In this document: piece after piece, positions 33,157-43,130 of the stretch
How the letters are laid out: the number at the start of each line of letters is the position of its first letter
Numbering within the stretch: the stretch's first letter is position 1
NCBI GenBank assembly: GCA_003158295.1
Contig: PMIP01000053.1
Location: forward strand, 45,610-109,609
Direction of reading: 5' to 3'
Source of the DNA: Chloroflexota bacterium
Lineage (GTDB): Bacteria > Chloroflexota > Limnocylindria > Limnocylindrales > CSP1-4
Length of the DNA: 64,000 nt
The notes under the pieces: model-generated
Databases searched by the model: none
What the model was told of the DNA's origin: nothing
What the model saw: only the letters and a program-made list of their open reading frames with translations
Translations under genes and position numbers: made by a program

Positions 33157-34701
33157 CTACCCGGGCGAAGACCCCAGCGCAGCAGCTTCGCCGCGGAGGA
33201 TCTGCCACACCAGATCCAGGTCCGCCTCCTCCGTCCTGAGGTTGTTGATCGCCACTCGAATCGCGAAGCGGCCGTTGAGCCTCGTGTGCGACAGGAAGAC
33301 CCGGCCGGTGCGATTGATCGACTCCATGAGCCGGACGTTGAGCGCATCCAGCCGATCTTCAGCGGACGGGTCGCCCCGATCGGCCGCCAGGGCCGCGGGG
33401 ACGTAGCGGAAGCAGACCGTCGAGAACGGCGTGGGAGCCAGGCGTTCGAACTCGGGATCGGCGTCCACCCAGCCGGCGAACCGCTGGGCCATGGCCAGAT
33501 GGCGCTCGATGCGGCGGCGCATACCCTCCAGGCCGAAGTACCGCAGGTTCATCCACACCTTCAGCGCCCGCAACCGGCGGCCCAGGGTCGGCGTGTACTC
33601 GTTGTAGTCGCGGATCGGACCGTCCCGGTCGAGTGTCCGCAGGTACTCCGGCACCAGGCTGAAGGCGTCCCGCAGGACCGCCATCCGGCGGGTCAGGAGC
33701 AGCGAGGCGTCGACGGGGGTGAAGAACCACTTGTGGGGATTCGTGACGATGGAGTCGGCCTCTTCCCAGCCGGCGAAGGGACCGCGTCGGTCCGGGATCA
33801 GGGCCACGGCGCCGGCGTAGGCCGCATCCACATGCAGCCACATCCCTTCGCGCCGGGCGATGCGGACCAGTTCGGCGATCGGATCGGACGAAGTCGTGGA
33901 GGTGGTGCCGACGGTCCCGACCAGGGCGACGGGTCGAATCCCGGCCTTTCGGTCGAGCGCGATCGCCTCTTCCAATGCGTCTATCCGCATCTCGAAGCGC
34001 TCGTTCGTGGGGATCTTCGAGAGGCCCGCCCGCCCCAGGCCCAGGGTCATGCAGGCCTTCTCGATCGAGGAGTGCGCCTCGGTCGACGCGTATACCCGCA
34101 GCTGGGGTACGTCCGCGCGCCCCGGCAGACCCTTCGAGGCCGCATCGAGACCCGCCGCCTGTCGGGCCGCGGCTAGAGCCAGCAATGACGAGGTCGAGGC
34201 GGTGTCGGTGAGCAGCCCGTCGAACTCGGGCGGCAAGCCGAGCCCCTGGCGCAGCCAGTCGACGACTACCATCTCCAGCTCCGTGCCGGCGGGGCTGGTC
34301 CGCCACAGCATCGAGTTCGAGTTGAGCACGGCCGTCAGCATCTCGCCGATGATGCCCGGCCCGGAGGCAGAGCTGCTGAAGTAGGCCAGGAACCGCGGGT
34401 GCTGCCAGTGGGTGACGTTAGGCTCGAAGAGACGGCGGTAGTCCTCGAGGATCGTCTCGATCGGCTCAGGCTGCTCGGGTGCCAGCGCCGGAAAGAGCGG
34501 AAGCAGCGATCCCGGCTCGATCTGAGGCATGACGTCCCTGTCGCCGACCCCGCTCAGGTAGTCGGCCATGATGTCGACCGCGGCGTGAGCGGCGGCTCGG
34601 AAGTCGGCCACGTCCATGTCGCCCAGGCCGGACCGTTGCTGGTCGTCCAGCTCAGCCTTGGGGGGAAGTCGCCGTGAATCACTCGTGTGTCTGGTCGCCA
34701 T
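33157..34701 (-). CDS. pyridoxal-dependent (group II, aromatic-L-amino-acid type) decarboxylase
   Basis: HVDAAYAG and SIVTNPHKWFFTPVDASLL (PLP-lysine NPHKW motif). Confidence 0.85.
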   Translation of the reverse strand: MATRHTSDSRRLPPKAELDDQQRSGLGDMDVADFRAAAHAAVDIMADYLSGVGDRDVMPQIEPGSLLPLFPALAPEQPEPIETILEDYRRLFEPNVTHWQHPRFLAYFSSSASGPGIIGEMLTAVLNSNSMLWRTSPAGTELEMVVVDWLRQGLGLPPEFDGLLTDTASTSSLLALAAARQAAGLDAASKGLPGRADVPQLRVYASTEAHSSIEKACMTLGLGRAGLSKIPTNERFEMRIDALEEAIALDRKAGIRPVALVGTVGTTSTTSSDPIAELVRIARREGMWLHVDAAYAGAVALIPDRRGPFAGWEEADSIVTNPHKWFFTPVDASLLLTRRMAVLRDAFSLVPEYLRTLDRDGPIRDYNEYTPTLGRRLRALKVWMNLRYFGLEGMRRRIERHLAMAQRFAGWVDADPEFERLAPTPFSTVCFRYVPAALAADRGDPSAEDRLDALNVRLMESINRTGRVFLSHTRLNGRFAIRVAINNLRTEEADLDLVWQILRGEAAALGSSPG

Positions 34702-34819
34702 TCGTCTCTCGTCCAGGCTGCCCCAGATCCGGCCGCGTGCACGACCCTCGGATCTCGCCCGAGTTTACCCCGGGTCGCCGGGTTCGGCCGGAGCGGGGCC
34801 AGTGGGCCCCGCCGGGCGT

Positions 34820-35782
34820 CTACTTGAGCTTGAACGAATCCATGAAGTGCTGCGGGTAGATCTCATCCCCGGGCGACGACATGGTCATGAGGACGTAGAA
34901 GCGGGATCCGACGAACGCCATTCGAAGGTCGTAAACCGAGGTCTTCGTCGAGATCGTCTCGTCCTGTGCCGGGTACTTGCCGATCGTGGAAGGGGCTGTC
35001 GAGACCTCGGTGCCGCCGACCCCTAAGGCCATCGAACCCGCCATTGTCTGGAGGAGCGTGGACGAGTCGCTTCCATCGAGGAGCGACGCGTCGAAATCGA
35101 GGTACATCACCATGTACCCGCTGTCTCCGCCCGGACCCATGATGGCGTAGACGGTCGCGGCGCCCGTATAAGTGCCCGCACCAACCTCCTGGGTCATCTG
35201 GAGCGGCTTCGGTGACGCACCCGGGAACAGCACGCTCCATTTCCCATCTGGTGAGGCGTACCTGGACCACGTAGCATCCGGAGACGGCTCGGAGGTGGGC
35301 GGCGACAGCGTCGGCTGGTCGGTGGCCGTAGGCGAACTGGTCGCCTCCGGCGTTGGCGAATCGGTCGGCGAATCGGTCGGCGAGGCTAGGGCAGCGGTAG
35401 AAGCCTCGGGCACATGCGAGGCGCTCGAGGACTTTGGGAGCGTCACGAATATGCCGACGGTGGCGACGACCAGGAGCGCGATGCCGAGGAGGGCGAGCGC
35501 TCCGCCGAGGTTGTTCCGAGGCGCCTGAGGCGCCGGCATCGGCGTGTACGCGGGCATCTGGCCGGGCCAGGGCGGCGGAATCTGGCCCGGCCCGGCCGAG
35601 CTTGGCGCGAACTGGGAATCGAAGCCGCAGTTGCCGCAGCGCGTGTAGCCGGGGTACAGAGGCGCGCCGCATCTCGGGCACGATGCCGGAGCCGCAACGG
35701 TACGGAAGTCGAGCCCGCAACCCCTGCAGATTGGCAGGTCAACCTGGCGCGGAGTGCCGCAACGTGGGCAGATGCCGATCAT
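34820..35782 (-). CDS. double zinc-ribbon, single-pass membrane protein with a Ser/Thr/Pro-rich linker and an extracellular domain
   Basis: ATG 35782 gives MIGICPRCG...CRGCG...CPRCG...CGNCG, then a TM segment (ALALLGIALLVVATVGIFV). The track ORF start at 35854 overlaps tRNA-Pro. Confidence 0.65.
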   Translation of the reverse strand: MIGICPRCGTPRQVDLPICRGCGLDFRTVAAPASCPRCGAPLYPGYTRCGNCGFDSQFAPSSAGPGQIPPPWPGQMPAYTPMPAPQAPRNNLGGALALLGIALLVVATVGIFVTLPKSSSASHVPEASTAALASPTDSPTDSPTPEATSSPTATDQPTLSPPTSEPSPDATWSRYASPDGKWSVLFPGASPKPLQMTQEVGAGTYTGAATVYAIMGPGGDSGYMVMYLDFDASLLDGSDSSTLLQTMAGSMALGVGGTEVSTAPSTIGKYPAQDETISTKTSVYDLRMAFVGSRFYVLMTMSSPGDEIYPQHFMDSFKLK

Positions 35783-35809
35783 CCAAGCCCCTCTCAGTGC
35801 ATGAGAGAG

Positions 35810-35886
35810 TGGTCGGGGCGGAGCGATTCGAACGCTCGGCCTCCTGAACCCCATTCAGGTGCGCTACCAGGCTGCGCCACGCCCCG
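35810..35886 (-). tRNA. tRNA-Pro (anticodon GGG), CCA encoded
   Basis: The reverse complement CGGGGCGTGGCGCAGCCTGGTAGCGCACCTGAATGGGGTTCAGGAGGCCGAGCGTTCGAATCGCTCCGCCCCGACCA folds as a cloverleaf with anticodon loop ATGGGGT. Confidence 0.95.
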
Positions 35887-35956
35887 ACGCCCGACAGAAT
35901 ACCAGACGCCAGAAGCGGCCCCGCCGGCGATCCCCGGGGCGGCCCCGGCCGCCCTC

Positions 35957-37588
35957 TCAGCGCTGCGGCTTGCGCTTGCCGGTGGTCAGTCGCTTGGAGC
36001 CGCTGGTCCCCTGGCGCGCGGCTCTCGGACCCGGCCCGGACGGCGAGGCGGCCCGGTGCCCCGACGTACGAGGCGTACGGCTTCCGTCGCCGCCTCTGGT
36101 TGGGCCCTCCGCTCGTCCGCTGGCCCGTTCGCGGAAGAGCAGCCGGACCGGCGTGCCGTCGAATCCGAACTCCTCGCGCAGCTGGTTCTCCAGGAAGCGC
36201 TTGTAGCTGAAGTGGACCTGGTCCGCGTGGCGGGCGAAGAAGACAAACGTGGGCGGCGCCACCGAAACCTGGGTTGCGTAGAAGATCTTGGGCGGGCCGA
36301 GCTTCCCGGCCGGCGGCGCCTGGCGAAGAGAAGCCGCGCGGACGAGGCGGTTCAGCTCGGGCGTCGGGATGCGCTTGCGGCGCTCGCCCCAGACGTCCAC
36401 GGCCAGCTCCAGCACGCGGCTGACCCGCTGGCCCGTCTTGGCGCTTATCGAGACGACCGGCGCGAAATCCAGGAACGGCACTTCCCGGCGCATGTCGGTC
36501 ACGTATTCGTCGAAGGTGCGATCCGTCTTCTCCGCCAGCAGGTCCCACTTGTTCAGGGCGATGACCAGTCCCCGACCTTCTTCTGCCACGAACCCGGCAA
36601 TGTGCGCGTCCTGGGCCGTAAGGCCCTCAGAGGCATCGATCACGAGAACGGCCACGTCCGCCCGGTCTACGGCCTTCAGTGCCCGCAGCGTGGAGTAGCG
36701 CTCGGCGTCCGCGCCGCTGGCCACCTTCCCGGGTCGCCTGACTCCCGCCGTGTCGATGAGCACGATCTCGCCACGGCCCCACTGCAGGTGAGTGTCGATG
36801 GCGTCTCGCGTAGTCCCGGGAATCTCGCTCACGATCGCCCGGTCCTCTCCAAGAAGCGAGTTGAGCAGGCTCGACTTGCCGACGTTCGGCCTGCCGACAA
36901 GGGCGATCGAGACGGACTGCTCCTCGTCCTCGAGAGCCGCCAGTAGCTCGTCACCCTCTCCGGGGACCGGCTCGACAGGCTCTTCCTCATCGCCGTGGCG
37001 CCGAGAACGGCGGGCGGTGGCCATCTCGCGCGCCAGCTCGTCCGCTTCCGCCTGGCGGCGCTTGCGCGCCAGCTCCTTCTCGCTTTCCGGCGGCAGGGCC
37101 CACACGATCGCGTCCAGCAGATCCGCCACTCCCCTGCCGTGGGCTGCGCTGATCGGATACGTCTCCTCCCAGCCGAGCGAGTAGAACTCCGCGGCCTCAA
37201 GTTCGCGCTTGTCGTTGTCGGCCTTGTTTGCGGCAACGAGGACCGGCGCTTTGGCAGTTCGCAGCAGGTCGGCTGCCTCCTGGTCTGCCGGCGTCATGCC
37301 GGAGATGGAGTCGACGACGAAGACGATCAAGTCCGCTTCGCGGATCGCCAGTCGTGCCTGCTCCTGGACCCTCTCCTCGATCGGATCGCCTGGGCGGATC
37401 TCGAGGCCTCCGGTATCGACGGCGATGAAGCGCCGGCCGTTCCAATCGGCGTCGCCGTAGATCCGGTCGCGGGTGGTTCTGGCGCGGTCTTCGACGATCG
37501 CGGTCCGGTGGCCGACGATGCGGTTGAAGAGCGTGCTCTTGCCGACGTTCGGACGGCCGACGATAGCGACGATGGGCAGTGAGGTCAC
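35957..37588 (-). CDS. der: ribosome-associated GTPase Der/EngA (inter-domain acidic insert and basic C-terminal tail)
   Basis: Two GTPase domains (GRPNVGKSTLFN, GRPNVGKSSLLN; DTGG, DTAG; NKAD, NKWD) plus a KH-like domain. GTG start at 37588. Confidence 0.9.
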   Translation of the reverse strand: MTSLPIVAIVGRPNVGKSTLFNRIVGHRTAIVEDRARTTRDRIYGDADWNGRRFIAVDTGGLEIRPGDPIEERVQEQARLAIREADLIVFVVDSISGMTPADQEAADLLRTAKAPVLVAANKADNDKRELEAAEFYSLGWEETYPISAAHGRGVADLLDAIVWALPPESEKELARKRRQAEADELAREMATARRSRRHGDEEEPVEPVPGEGDELLAALEDEEQSVSIALVGRPNVGKSSLLNSLLGEDRAIVSEIPGTTRDAIDTHLQWGRGEIVLIDTAGVRRPGKVASGADAERYSTLRALKAVDRADVAVLVIDASEGLTAQDAHIAGFVAEEGRGLVIALNKWDLLAEKTDRTFDEYVTDMRREVPFLDFAPVVSISAKTGQRVSRVLELAVDVWGERRKRIPTPELNRLVRAASLRQAPPAGKLGPPKIFYATQVSVAPPTFVFFARHADQVHFSYKRFLENQLREEFGFDGTPVRLLFRERASGRAEGPTRGGDGSRTPRTSGHRAASPSGPGPRAARQGTSGSKRLTTGKRKPQR

Positions 37589-37631
37589 CGCGGGATTATG
37601 GCCGATCCGGCCCAAGCCCCGATGAGCGCCG

Positions 37632-38591
37632 TCAAGCGGCCCCGGCGACGAGGGGCAGCGACGTGGTCCTACCGGCCGGCGTGGCCGCGGCGGCGAGAGC
37701 GGCGGCAGCCAGCTCCTGGGCGCGAGCGGCGGCCTCCGGCGTCCCGGCCAGACGCAGGATTCGCTCGGCGACGCAGCGCAGATCCTCGATCGGCGTGGAT
37801 GTCCCGCCCGTGACCCCAACGACGCGGGCTCCTTCGAAGCCAGACGCGTCGATCAGGTCGTCCTCTGATTCGATCTGGATGGCACGCGTTCCGACGATCT
37901 CGCAGAGTCGGGTCAGCTCCTTGGTGTTCGCGCTCGATCGCCCGCCCACCACGACCATCAGATCGACCTCGGAAGCGGCCTCCACGGTGTCCTGCTGGCG
38001 GCGGATCGTGACCGGGCAGACGGTGTTGACGATCTTCAGCTCATGGCATCGGCCCACCATGAAGGCGGCCAGCTTCTCGAACTTCCAGGGCGGCTGCGTG
38101 CTCTGGCTGAGCAGCGCCATCTTCTTGCGACGCGGGATCTGCTCCCAGTCGGCCTCCTCGTCGACGACGATCGCGTCGGGCGCGAACCCGAGCAGGCCCA
38201 CGACCTCCGGATGGCGGGGCGTGCCCAGCAGGACGATCGAGTAGCCCTCTTCCACGAGCCGGGTGATCTCGTGCTGCTCCTGGATCACCCAGGTGCACGT
38301 GCCGTCGATGACATCGAGTCCGCGCGCATCGGCACGAGCCAGCACTTCGGGGCGGACGCCGTGGGCGCGGATGACCACCGCAGACCCGGCGTGGACGTCG
38401 TCCAGGGTGTCCACGGTCTCGATCCCCTGGGCAGCCAGCGCGGCGATGACGCCCTCGTTGTGGACGACCTGGCCGAGCGTGTGAGTGTGCTTCCCGGCGG
38501 CAGCGGACTCTTTGGCCTTGTCGATGGCCTCGCGGACGCCGTAGCAGAACCCGGTGCGCCTGGCTATTCGGACTTCTTGAACGTTACCCAT
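37632..38591 (-). CDS. ispH: 4-hydroxy-3-methylbut-2-enyl diphosphate reductase
   Basis: RTGFCYGVREAI, HNEGV, TCTWV and NTVCPVT motifs supply the Fe-S cysteines. Confidence 0.9.
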   Translation of the reverse strand: MGNVQEVRIARRTGFCYGVREAIDKAKESAAAGKHTHTLGQVVHNEGVIAALAAQGIETVDTLDDVHAGSAVVIRAHGVRPEVLARADARGLDVIDGTCTWVIQEQHEITRLVEEGYSIVLLGTPRHPEVVGLLGFAPDAIVVDEEADWEQIPRRKKMALLSQSTQPPWKFEKLAAFMVGRCHELKIVNTVCPVTIRRQQDTVEAASEVDLMVVVGGRSSANTKELTRLCEIVGTRAIQIESEDDLIDASGFEGARVVGVTGGTSTPIEDLRCVAERILRLAGTPEAAARAQELAAAALAAAATPAGRTTSLPLVAGAA

Positions 38592-38647
38592 TTCCCTTCA
38601 GTATCCCACGACAGGACGCCATCGCGAGGCGGCGAGGATCTGACGCC

Positions 38648-39361
38648 TCATCCGCCGCGACTGCCGGCCCCGTCAACCCGATCCGGGCCGGCCCCGGCTT
38701 CCGAGTAGGCGCCTTGCTGCTCGGGCGGAAGAAGCTCCGCGATATGGCGCATCAATTCCACGGTTGCCAGGCGTGTCGAGGCGTGGCGATTCGTTCCTTG
38801 GGGCATCGAAAGCGTGAAGGTCTCCCCCACTCTGACTGTCATGCGCCGGCCGGGCCGAGGCAGCAGCTTGCCCTTCGGCCAGAAACGCTGCGAGCCGATG
38901 ATCGCGATCGGGAGGATTGGGGCCCTGCTCCGGATCGCCAGCACCGCGGCACCTTCCTTGGCCTCGTGCAGGGCTCCGTCCGGCGAGCGAGTCCCCTCCG
39001 GGAATATGGTGAGCACGCCCCCCTCGTCCAGGACGCTCTTTGCCAGCCTGAAGGCTTCCAGGTCGCCGGCGTCCCGACGAACGCCGAAGACCCCGTTCTG
39101 CCGCATCCCCCAGCCGAAGAAAGGCCAGCGCAGGGCTTCTTCCTTGCCAAGCCAGCGCATCGGCCGTCCGAACCTCGGCACGACGTAGGCGATGAGCAGC
39201 ATCCCGTCCGCATTGGAGGCATGGTTGCAGACGACCAGCACCGGCCCGTCGGCCGGGATGTTCTCGAGGCCCTCGAGCCGGACTCTGGTCAGGCAGGCGG
39301 CGAAGACTCGCAGCACGGCAACGCTGAAGCGTGGCCAGAACGGAAGGCGCCTAGCGGTCAT
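38648..39361 (-). CDS. plsC: 1-acyl-sn-glycerol-3-phosphate acyltransferase family
   Basis: VCNHASNADG (NHxxxxD) and IFPEGTRS motifs. Overlaps the cmk stop. Confidence 0.8.
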   Translation of the reverse strand: MTARRLPFWPRFSVAVLRVFAACLTRVRLEGLENIPADGPVLVVCNHASNADGMLLIAYVVPRFGRPMRWLGKEEALRWPFFGWGMRQNGVFGVRRDAGDLEAFRLAKSVLDEGGVLTIFPEGTRSPDGALHEAKEGAAVLAIRSRAPILPIAIIGSQRFWPKGKLLPRPGRRMTVRVGETFTLSMPQGTNRHASTRLATVELMRHIAELLPPEQQGAYSEAGAGPDRVDGAGSRGG

Positions 39362-40125
39362 TCCGGTCTCCCGGTACGCCCGGCCGCTTTGCCCCCGACG
39401 GACGGCCGGACGCCTCCGGCGACTCGCTTCTCCGCCTTCCGAATTGCCCGAAGGACGGCCGTGACGGTCTGACCGAACGTCCTGCCGTCGGTCTTCAGGA
39501 TCATCGCGTCCTGCGCCGCCCTGAGAGGCGCGATCTCGCGGCTCGAGTCGATGGCGTCACGGCGACGCAGTTCGTCGAGGATTCGCTCCGCCTCGGGCGC
39601 GGCGGCCCCTCGTTCCGCGGCTCGCCGCCTGGCCCGTTCCTCGGCCGACGCGTCCAGGAAGATCTTCAGGTCCGCGTCGGGCAGGATGACCGTGCCGATG
39701 TCCCGCCCGGCCATGATGATGCCGCCTGCGGCGGCGATGTCGCGCTGTCGCGCCACCAGGGCCGCTCGCAGCTCGGGAACCATCGAGTACGCCGAGACGG
39801 AGCGGTCCACGGGAGCGCCACAGACCTCGGTCGTTACATCCCGACCGTCCGCCTCTACTCGCCGAAGGCGCCCCTGCGCGTCGGCCAGAAGATGGACCTC
39901 GGCCGCGAGTGGGACGACCGCCTGGGTGTCGGTGGCCGCCACGCCGCGCTCCAGCGCCAGCCATGTCACGGCCCGGTAGAGCAAGCCCGTGTCGCAGAAC
40001 CGGTAGTGCAGCCGGCGAGCCGCCTCGGCTCCGACTGTGCTCTTGCCGCTGGAGCTGGGCCCATCAATGGCGACCACGGGGAGTCGCGCGGGCGGTGTGG
40101 AGATGGGTCGGCGGTCGCTGCTCAC
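39358..40125 (-). CDS. cmk: cytidylate kinase
   Basis: VVAIDGPSSSGKSTVG P-loop, GRDIGTVILPDA and KIFLDASAEERARRR. Confidence 0.9.
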   Translation of the reverse strand: MSSDRRPISTPPARLPVVAIDGPSSSGKSTVGAEAARRLHYRFCDTGLLYRAVTWLALERGVAATDTQAVVPLAAEVHLLADAQGRLRRVEADGRDVTTEVCGAPVDRSVSAYSMVPELRAALVARQRDIAAAGGIIMAGRDIGTVILPDADLKIFLDASAEERARRRAAERGAAAPEAERILDELRRRDAIDSSREIAPLRAAQDAMILKTDGRTFGQTVTAVLRAIRKAEKRVAGGVRPSVGGKAAGRTGRPE

Positions 40126-40185
40126 GCCTCGCAGGATAGCGTGACGAGTCGCGGCCGACCTCCGCGTCCGGGCGCGGGCCTCCGC

Positions 40186-41037
40186 TCAGGCTTCCGAGAG
40201 GGTGTCCAGAGACTGGCCTTTGCCAGTCGCGGACGCCTGCGCTGAGCGGACGGGCGCCACGCCCGGCTCGGCTCTTGCCCGAGACGCCAGCTGAGTCACC
40301 TCCTGGTGGGTTAGCGCCCTGGCCTCACCGGAGTGCAGGTCGGTGAGCTTCAGCGTCCCGACTCTTACCCTCACGAGGCGACGGACCGGGGCGCCAATGG
40401 ACTCGAACATGCGCCTGATCTGCCGCTTCCAGCCCTGGGCCAGGACGACGCGATACCAGCGCAGTTCAGGATGGGGCGGATCCAGGAGGTCGAGGAGATT
40501 ACGGACCTGCGCCGGAGTCGCGTCTTCCAGTCGATCCAGGCGCGCCAGACCCTCCTCCAGCTCGATACCGCCCCGGAGAACTGTTCGCTGGACCTTCGTC
40601 ACGGACCGATCCAGGCCGACCATGTACTCGCGTTCCACTCCGTAGCGCGGGTGGAGCAACAGGTCCGCCCACTTACCGTCGTCGGTGAAGAGCAGGAGCC
40701 CCTCGGATTCCTCGTCCAGGCGCCCGACCGGGTAGAGGCGCGTGCCACGGGGCTGCGCGGGAAGCAGCTCCATTACCGTCCGCCCGGCATGACGATCTCG
40801 AACGGTCGAGACGACGCCTGTCGGTTTGTTCAGCGCCCAGTAGGATCGCGATGCCGCGACCGCCGGCAGCGCCGTGCCGTCCACTTCCACGCGCTGCAGT
40901 TCCGGATCGACTTTCTCGCCGATCACGGCCGGCCGTCCGTCCACTCTCACACGCCCCGCCCGGATCAGATCCTCGCTGCCTCGCCGCGATCCGATCCCCG
41001 CGTCTGCCATGACCTTCTGCAACCGAGCTCGGGCCAC
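40186..41037 (-). CDS. rluB: 23S rRNA pseudouridine synthase (RluB/RsuA family)
   Basis: S4 domain (RLQKVMADAGIGSRRGSEDLIRAGRVRVDG) plus the catalytic VGRLDEESEGLLLFTDDG. Confidence 0.85.
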   Translation of the reverse strand: MARARLQKVMADAGIGSRRGSEDLIRAGRVRVDGRPAVIGEKVDPELQRVEVDGTALPAVAASRSYWALNKPTGVVSTVRDRHAGRTVMELLPAQPRGTRLYPVGRLDEESEGLLLFTDDGKWADLLLHPRYGVEREYMVGLDRSVTKVQRTVLRGGIELEEGLARLDRLEDATPAQVRNLLDLLDPPHPELRWYRVVLAQGWKRQIRRMFESIGAPVRRLVRVRVGTLKLTDLHSGEARALTHQEVTQLASRARAEPGVAPVRSAQASATGKGQSLDTLSEA

Positions 41038-41739
41038 TCAGCCGGCCTCCGTGCCGTCGCCGGCGCCTGCGCCCTCTCCTCGCTCGACGGCCGATGCTAA
41101 CTCGCCCGCATCCGTCCCATCGAAGAGGCGCGCGGCGACGGCGGTCTCGAGAGGCGGCAGCTCGTCGATGCTGGTCAGACCGAACCGCTCCAGGAAGTCG
41201 AAGCTGGTGCCGTAGAGGATCGGCCGGCCCGGGGCATCGGAGCGACCGAGCTCAGCCAGGAGACGGCGATGCAGAAGAGACCGCAGCGTGTAATCCGAAT
41301 CCACTCCCCGGATCCTCTCGATGGTGGCGCGGGTGCACGGCTGCCGGTACGCCACGATAGCCAGGGTCTCCAGCGAGGGAACCGACAGGCGTGGGGCGTC
41401 GGCACCGACATAGCGGGCGACCAGCCTGCCTGCCTCAGAGGACGTCGCGAGCTCCAGGCGGTCTCCGGACTCCACCAGCCGAATCCCTCTCCCTGCCAGG
41501 CTCACTCCGAGATCGCCGACGCGAGCGTCGACCGTTTCGCGGTCCACACCCGCGAGGTGGGCTATCTCGGACCGCCCGAGAGGCCGCTCCGCCACGAACA
41601 GCAGGGCCTCGAGCTGCGTCTCGGTAAGCTCGCCCGGCTGCGACTCCGTGGCCTCAGCCTCGGCCTCCGCAGCACCGCGGGCGGTGGCGAGATCTTCCTT
41701 CTCTCGGCTCGGGATCGGCTCGTGGTCTGGGTTGGTCAC
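41038..41739 (-). CDS. scpB: segregation and condensation protein B
   Basis: GTG at 41739 overlaps the scpA stop (GTGA). LEALLFVAERPL...ETLAIVAYRQPCTRATIERIRGV. Confidence 0.85.
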   Translation of the reverse strand: MTNPDHEPIPSREKEDLATARGAAEAEAEATESQPGELTETQLEALLFVAERPLGRSEIAHLAGVDRETVDARVGDLGVSLAGRGIRLVESGDRLELATSSEAGRLVARYVGADAPRLSVPSLETLAIVAYRQPCTRATIERIRGVDSDYTLRSLLHRRLLAELGRSDAPGRPILYGTSFDFLERFGLTSIDELPPLETAVAARLFDGTDAGELASAVERGEGAGAGDGTEAG

Positions 41740-42629
41740 GCGAACGGCTCCAGGCTGTCTGCGGTTTCGGCCCTGCTTTCCGCGGCTTCCGTCAGCCGTC
41801 GGACGATGATCGGTCCCCATGGTTCGACCTGCTCGAGGGAGATCTCGCGGCGCTTGGAGAGTTCCAGCATGGCCAGGAACGTGACCGCCACCACGACCCG
41901 GTCGCGGACACCGCCGAGCAACTCCTGCAGCACTATCGTGTCCGAACCGCGCAGGGCCGCCCGGATGATCTCCGTCCGCTCGGCCAGGGTAATCGTACGT
42001 GGGATGATCTCTGCCGGACCGGCACTCTCGGGCACAACTATTGCCAGGCGGCCGAGGGCCTCGGCCAGAGCGGAGACGGGCAGCGGGGGCCGCTCCGGTG
42101 GCCTCGCTCCGGACCGGCCCGCGGCGGCCGCCGCCTCGGCATCCCGGCGGAAGAGGCGATGCGCGCCGTCCCGCTCGCCCAGGGCGAGGCCCGCGTCGCG
42201 GTAGCGCCGGTATTCGAGGAGCCGGGCACGCAAGTCCGCCTCGGGATCGGGCGTGTCGTCCAGAGGTATGGTCGAAACCGCCGGCGCCCGCGGCAGGATT
42301 GCCCGGCTCTTGATGAGAATCAGCTGGGCGGCCACGGCCACGAAGGCCGACACGTTGCCGAGCCGATCCCCCTCGAGGCTGGCCAGGGCATCCAGGTAGG
42401 CCTCGGCCAGGCCTCCCAGCGGCACCGTAAGGACGTCGAGCTGGCGGGCTTCGATCAGGGCCAGGAGAAGCGCCAGCGGCCCCTCGAACTCTTCCAGGCG
42501 AACGTGCGTGGCGCCCTCAACCCTGCCGCCTCCCAGGACTACCTGCGGGGCGACACCTGAGTTGGGCAGTGCTCCCTCGGCGCCGCGGCGCTTCGACGCA
42601 TGGGTTTCGGCGGAGACGCCGGCTGCCAT
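41736..42629 (-). CDS. scpA: segregation and condensation protein A
   Basis: FEGPLALLLALIEARQLDVLTVPL...FLAMLELSKRREI. Confidence 0.85.
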   Translation of the reverse strand: MAAGVSAETHASKRRGAEGALPNSGVAPQVVLGGGRVEGATHVRLEEFEGPLALLLALIEARQLDVLTVPLGGLAEAYLDALASLEGDRLGNVSAFVAVAAQLILIKSRAILPRAPAVSTIPLDDTPDPEADLRARLLEYRRYRDAGLALGERDGAHRLFRRDAEAAAAAGRSGARPPERPPLPVSALAEALGRLAIVVPESAGPAEIIPRTITLAERTEIIRAALRGSDTIVLQELLGGVRDRVVVAVTFLAMLELSKRREISLEQVEPWGPIIVRRLTEAAESRAETADSLEPFA

Positions 42630-43121
42630 CTAGTGAGCCTCGTCCGCGGCCAGCAGGAGGCGCCCGTCGTCGTCCGTCGGAGCTTCCTGGTTTCGAATCA
42701 GGTCGACCGTCCGGGGGCTGCATCCGGCCTCCGCGGCCAGCTCGGCCGAACGAGCGGCGTGGTTTCGCAACGTGGCCAGCCCCGTTCGGAACGTCGGCAG
42801 GTGAGCGCTCGTCCGCCAGATCCGGTCGCCGTAGCGCTGCCCCAGCGACCACGCCACGCGGTGCACCAGGCGGACTCGAGTCCCCTTGCCGCAGTCGTGC
42901 AAGAGCCCGGCCGTCAGCAGGTCGCGATCGGCGACGCCGCCTGACCTCAACTCGGCCAGGACGTCCAGGCCGTGACGCCGATCGGTGACGAGCATGCGAT
43001 CGAACAGCTCCAGTTGCCGTGATTCCAACCAGCCTGCCAGCTCGTCTCTCTCAGCCACCGACACCCGGGCTCGCAGATAAGCCCAGGTTCGCTTGATCTT
43101 CGAACGCCACCATCCGCCCAT
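42630..43121 (-). CDS. HD-domain phosphohydrolase-like protein
   Basis: RRHGLDV...LLHDCGKG motif pair. Directly abuts the scpA start. Confidence 0.65.
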   Translation of the reverse strand: MGGWWRSKIKRTWAYLRARVSVAERDELAGWLESRQLELFDRMLVTDRRHGLDVLAELRSGGVADRDLLTAGLLHDCGKGTRVRLVHRVAWSLGQRYGDRIWRTSAHLPTFRTGLATLRNHAARSAELAAEAGCSPRTVDLIRNQEAPTDDDGRLLLAADEAH

Positions 43122-43130
43122 GAACTGGCG

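Noticed and set aside
35783-35854. N-terminal extension of the zinc-ribbon protein ORF
   Set aside because: It overlaps tRNA-Pro (35810-35886) on the same strand. The internal ATG 35782 begins exactly at the first zinc-ribbon.
35414-36946. 510-aa plus-strand ORF, and similar long plus-strand ORFs at 44554-45759, 46388-47887, 50365-51744 and 52111-53655
   Set aside because: All are antisense to well-supported housekeeping genes (der, xerD, recN, dxs, xseA) and show a typical GC-rich shadow-ORF composition.
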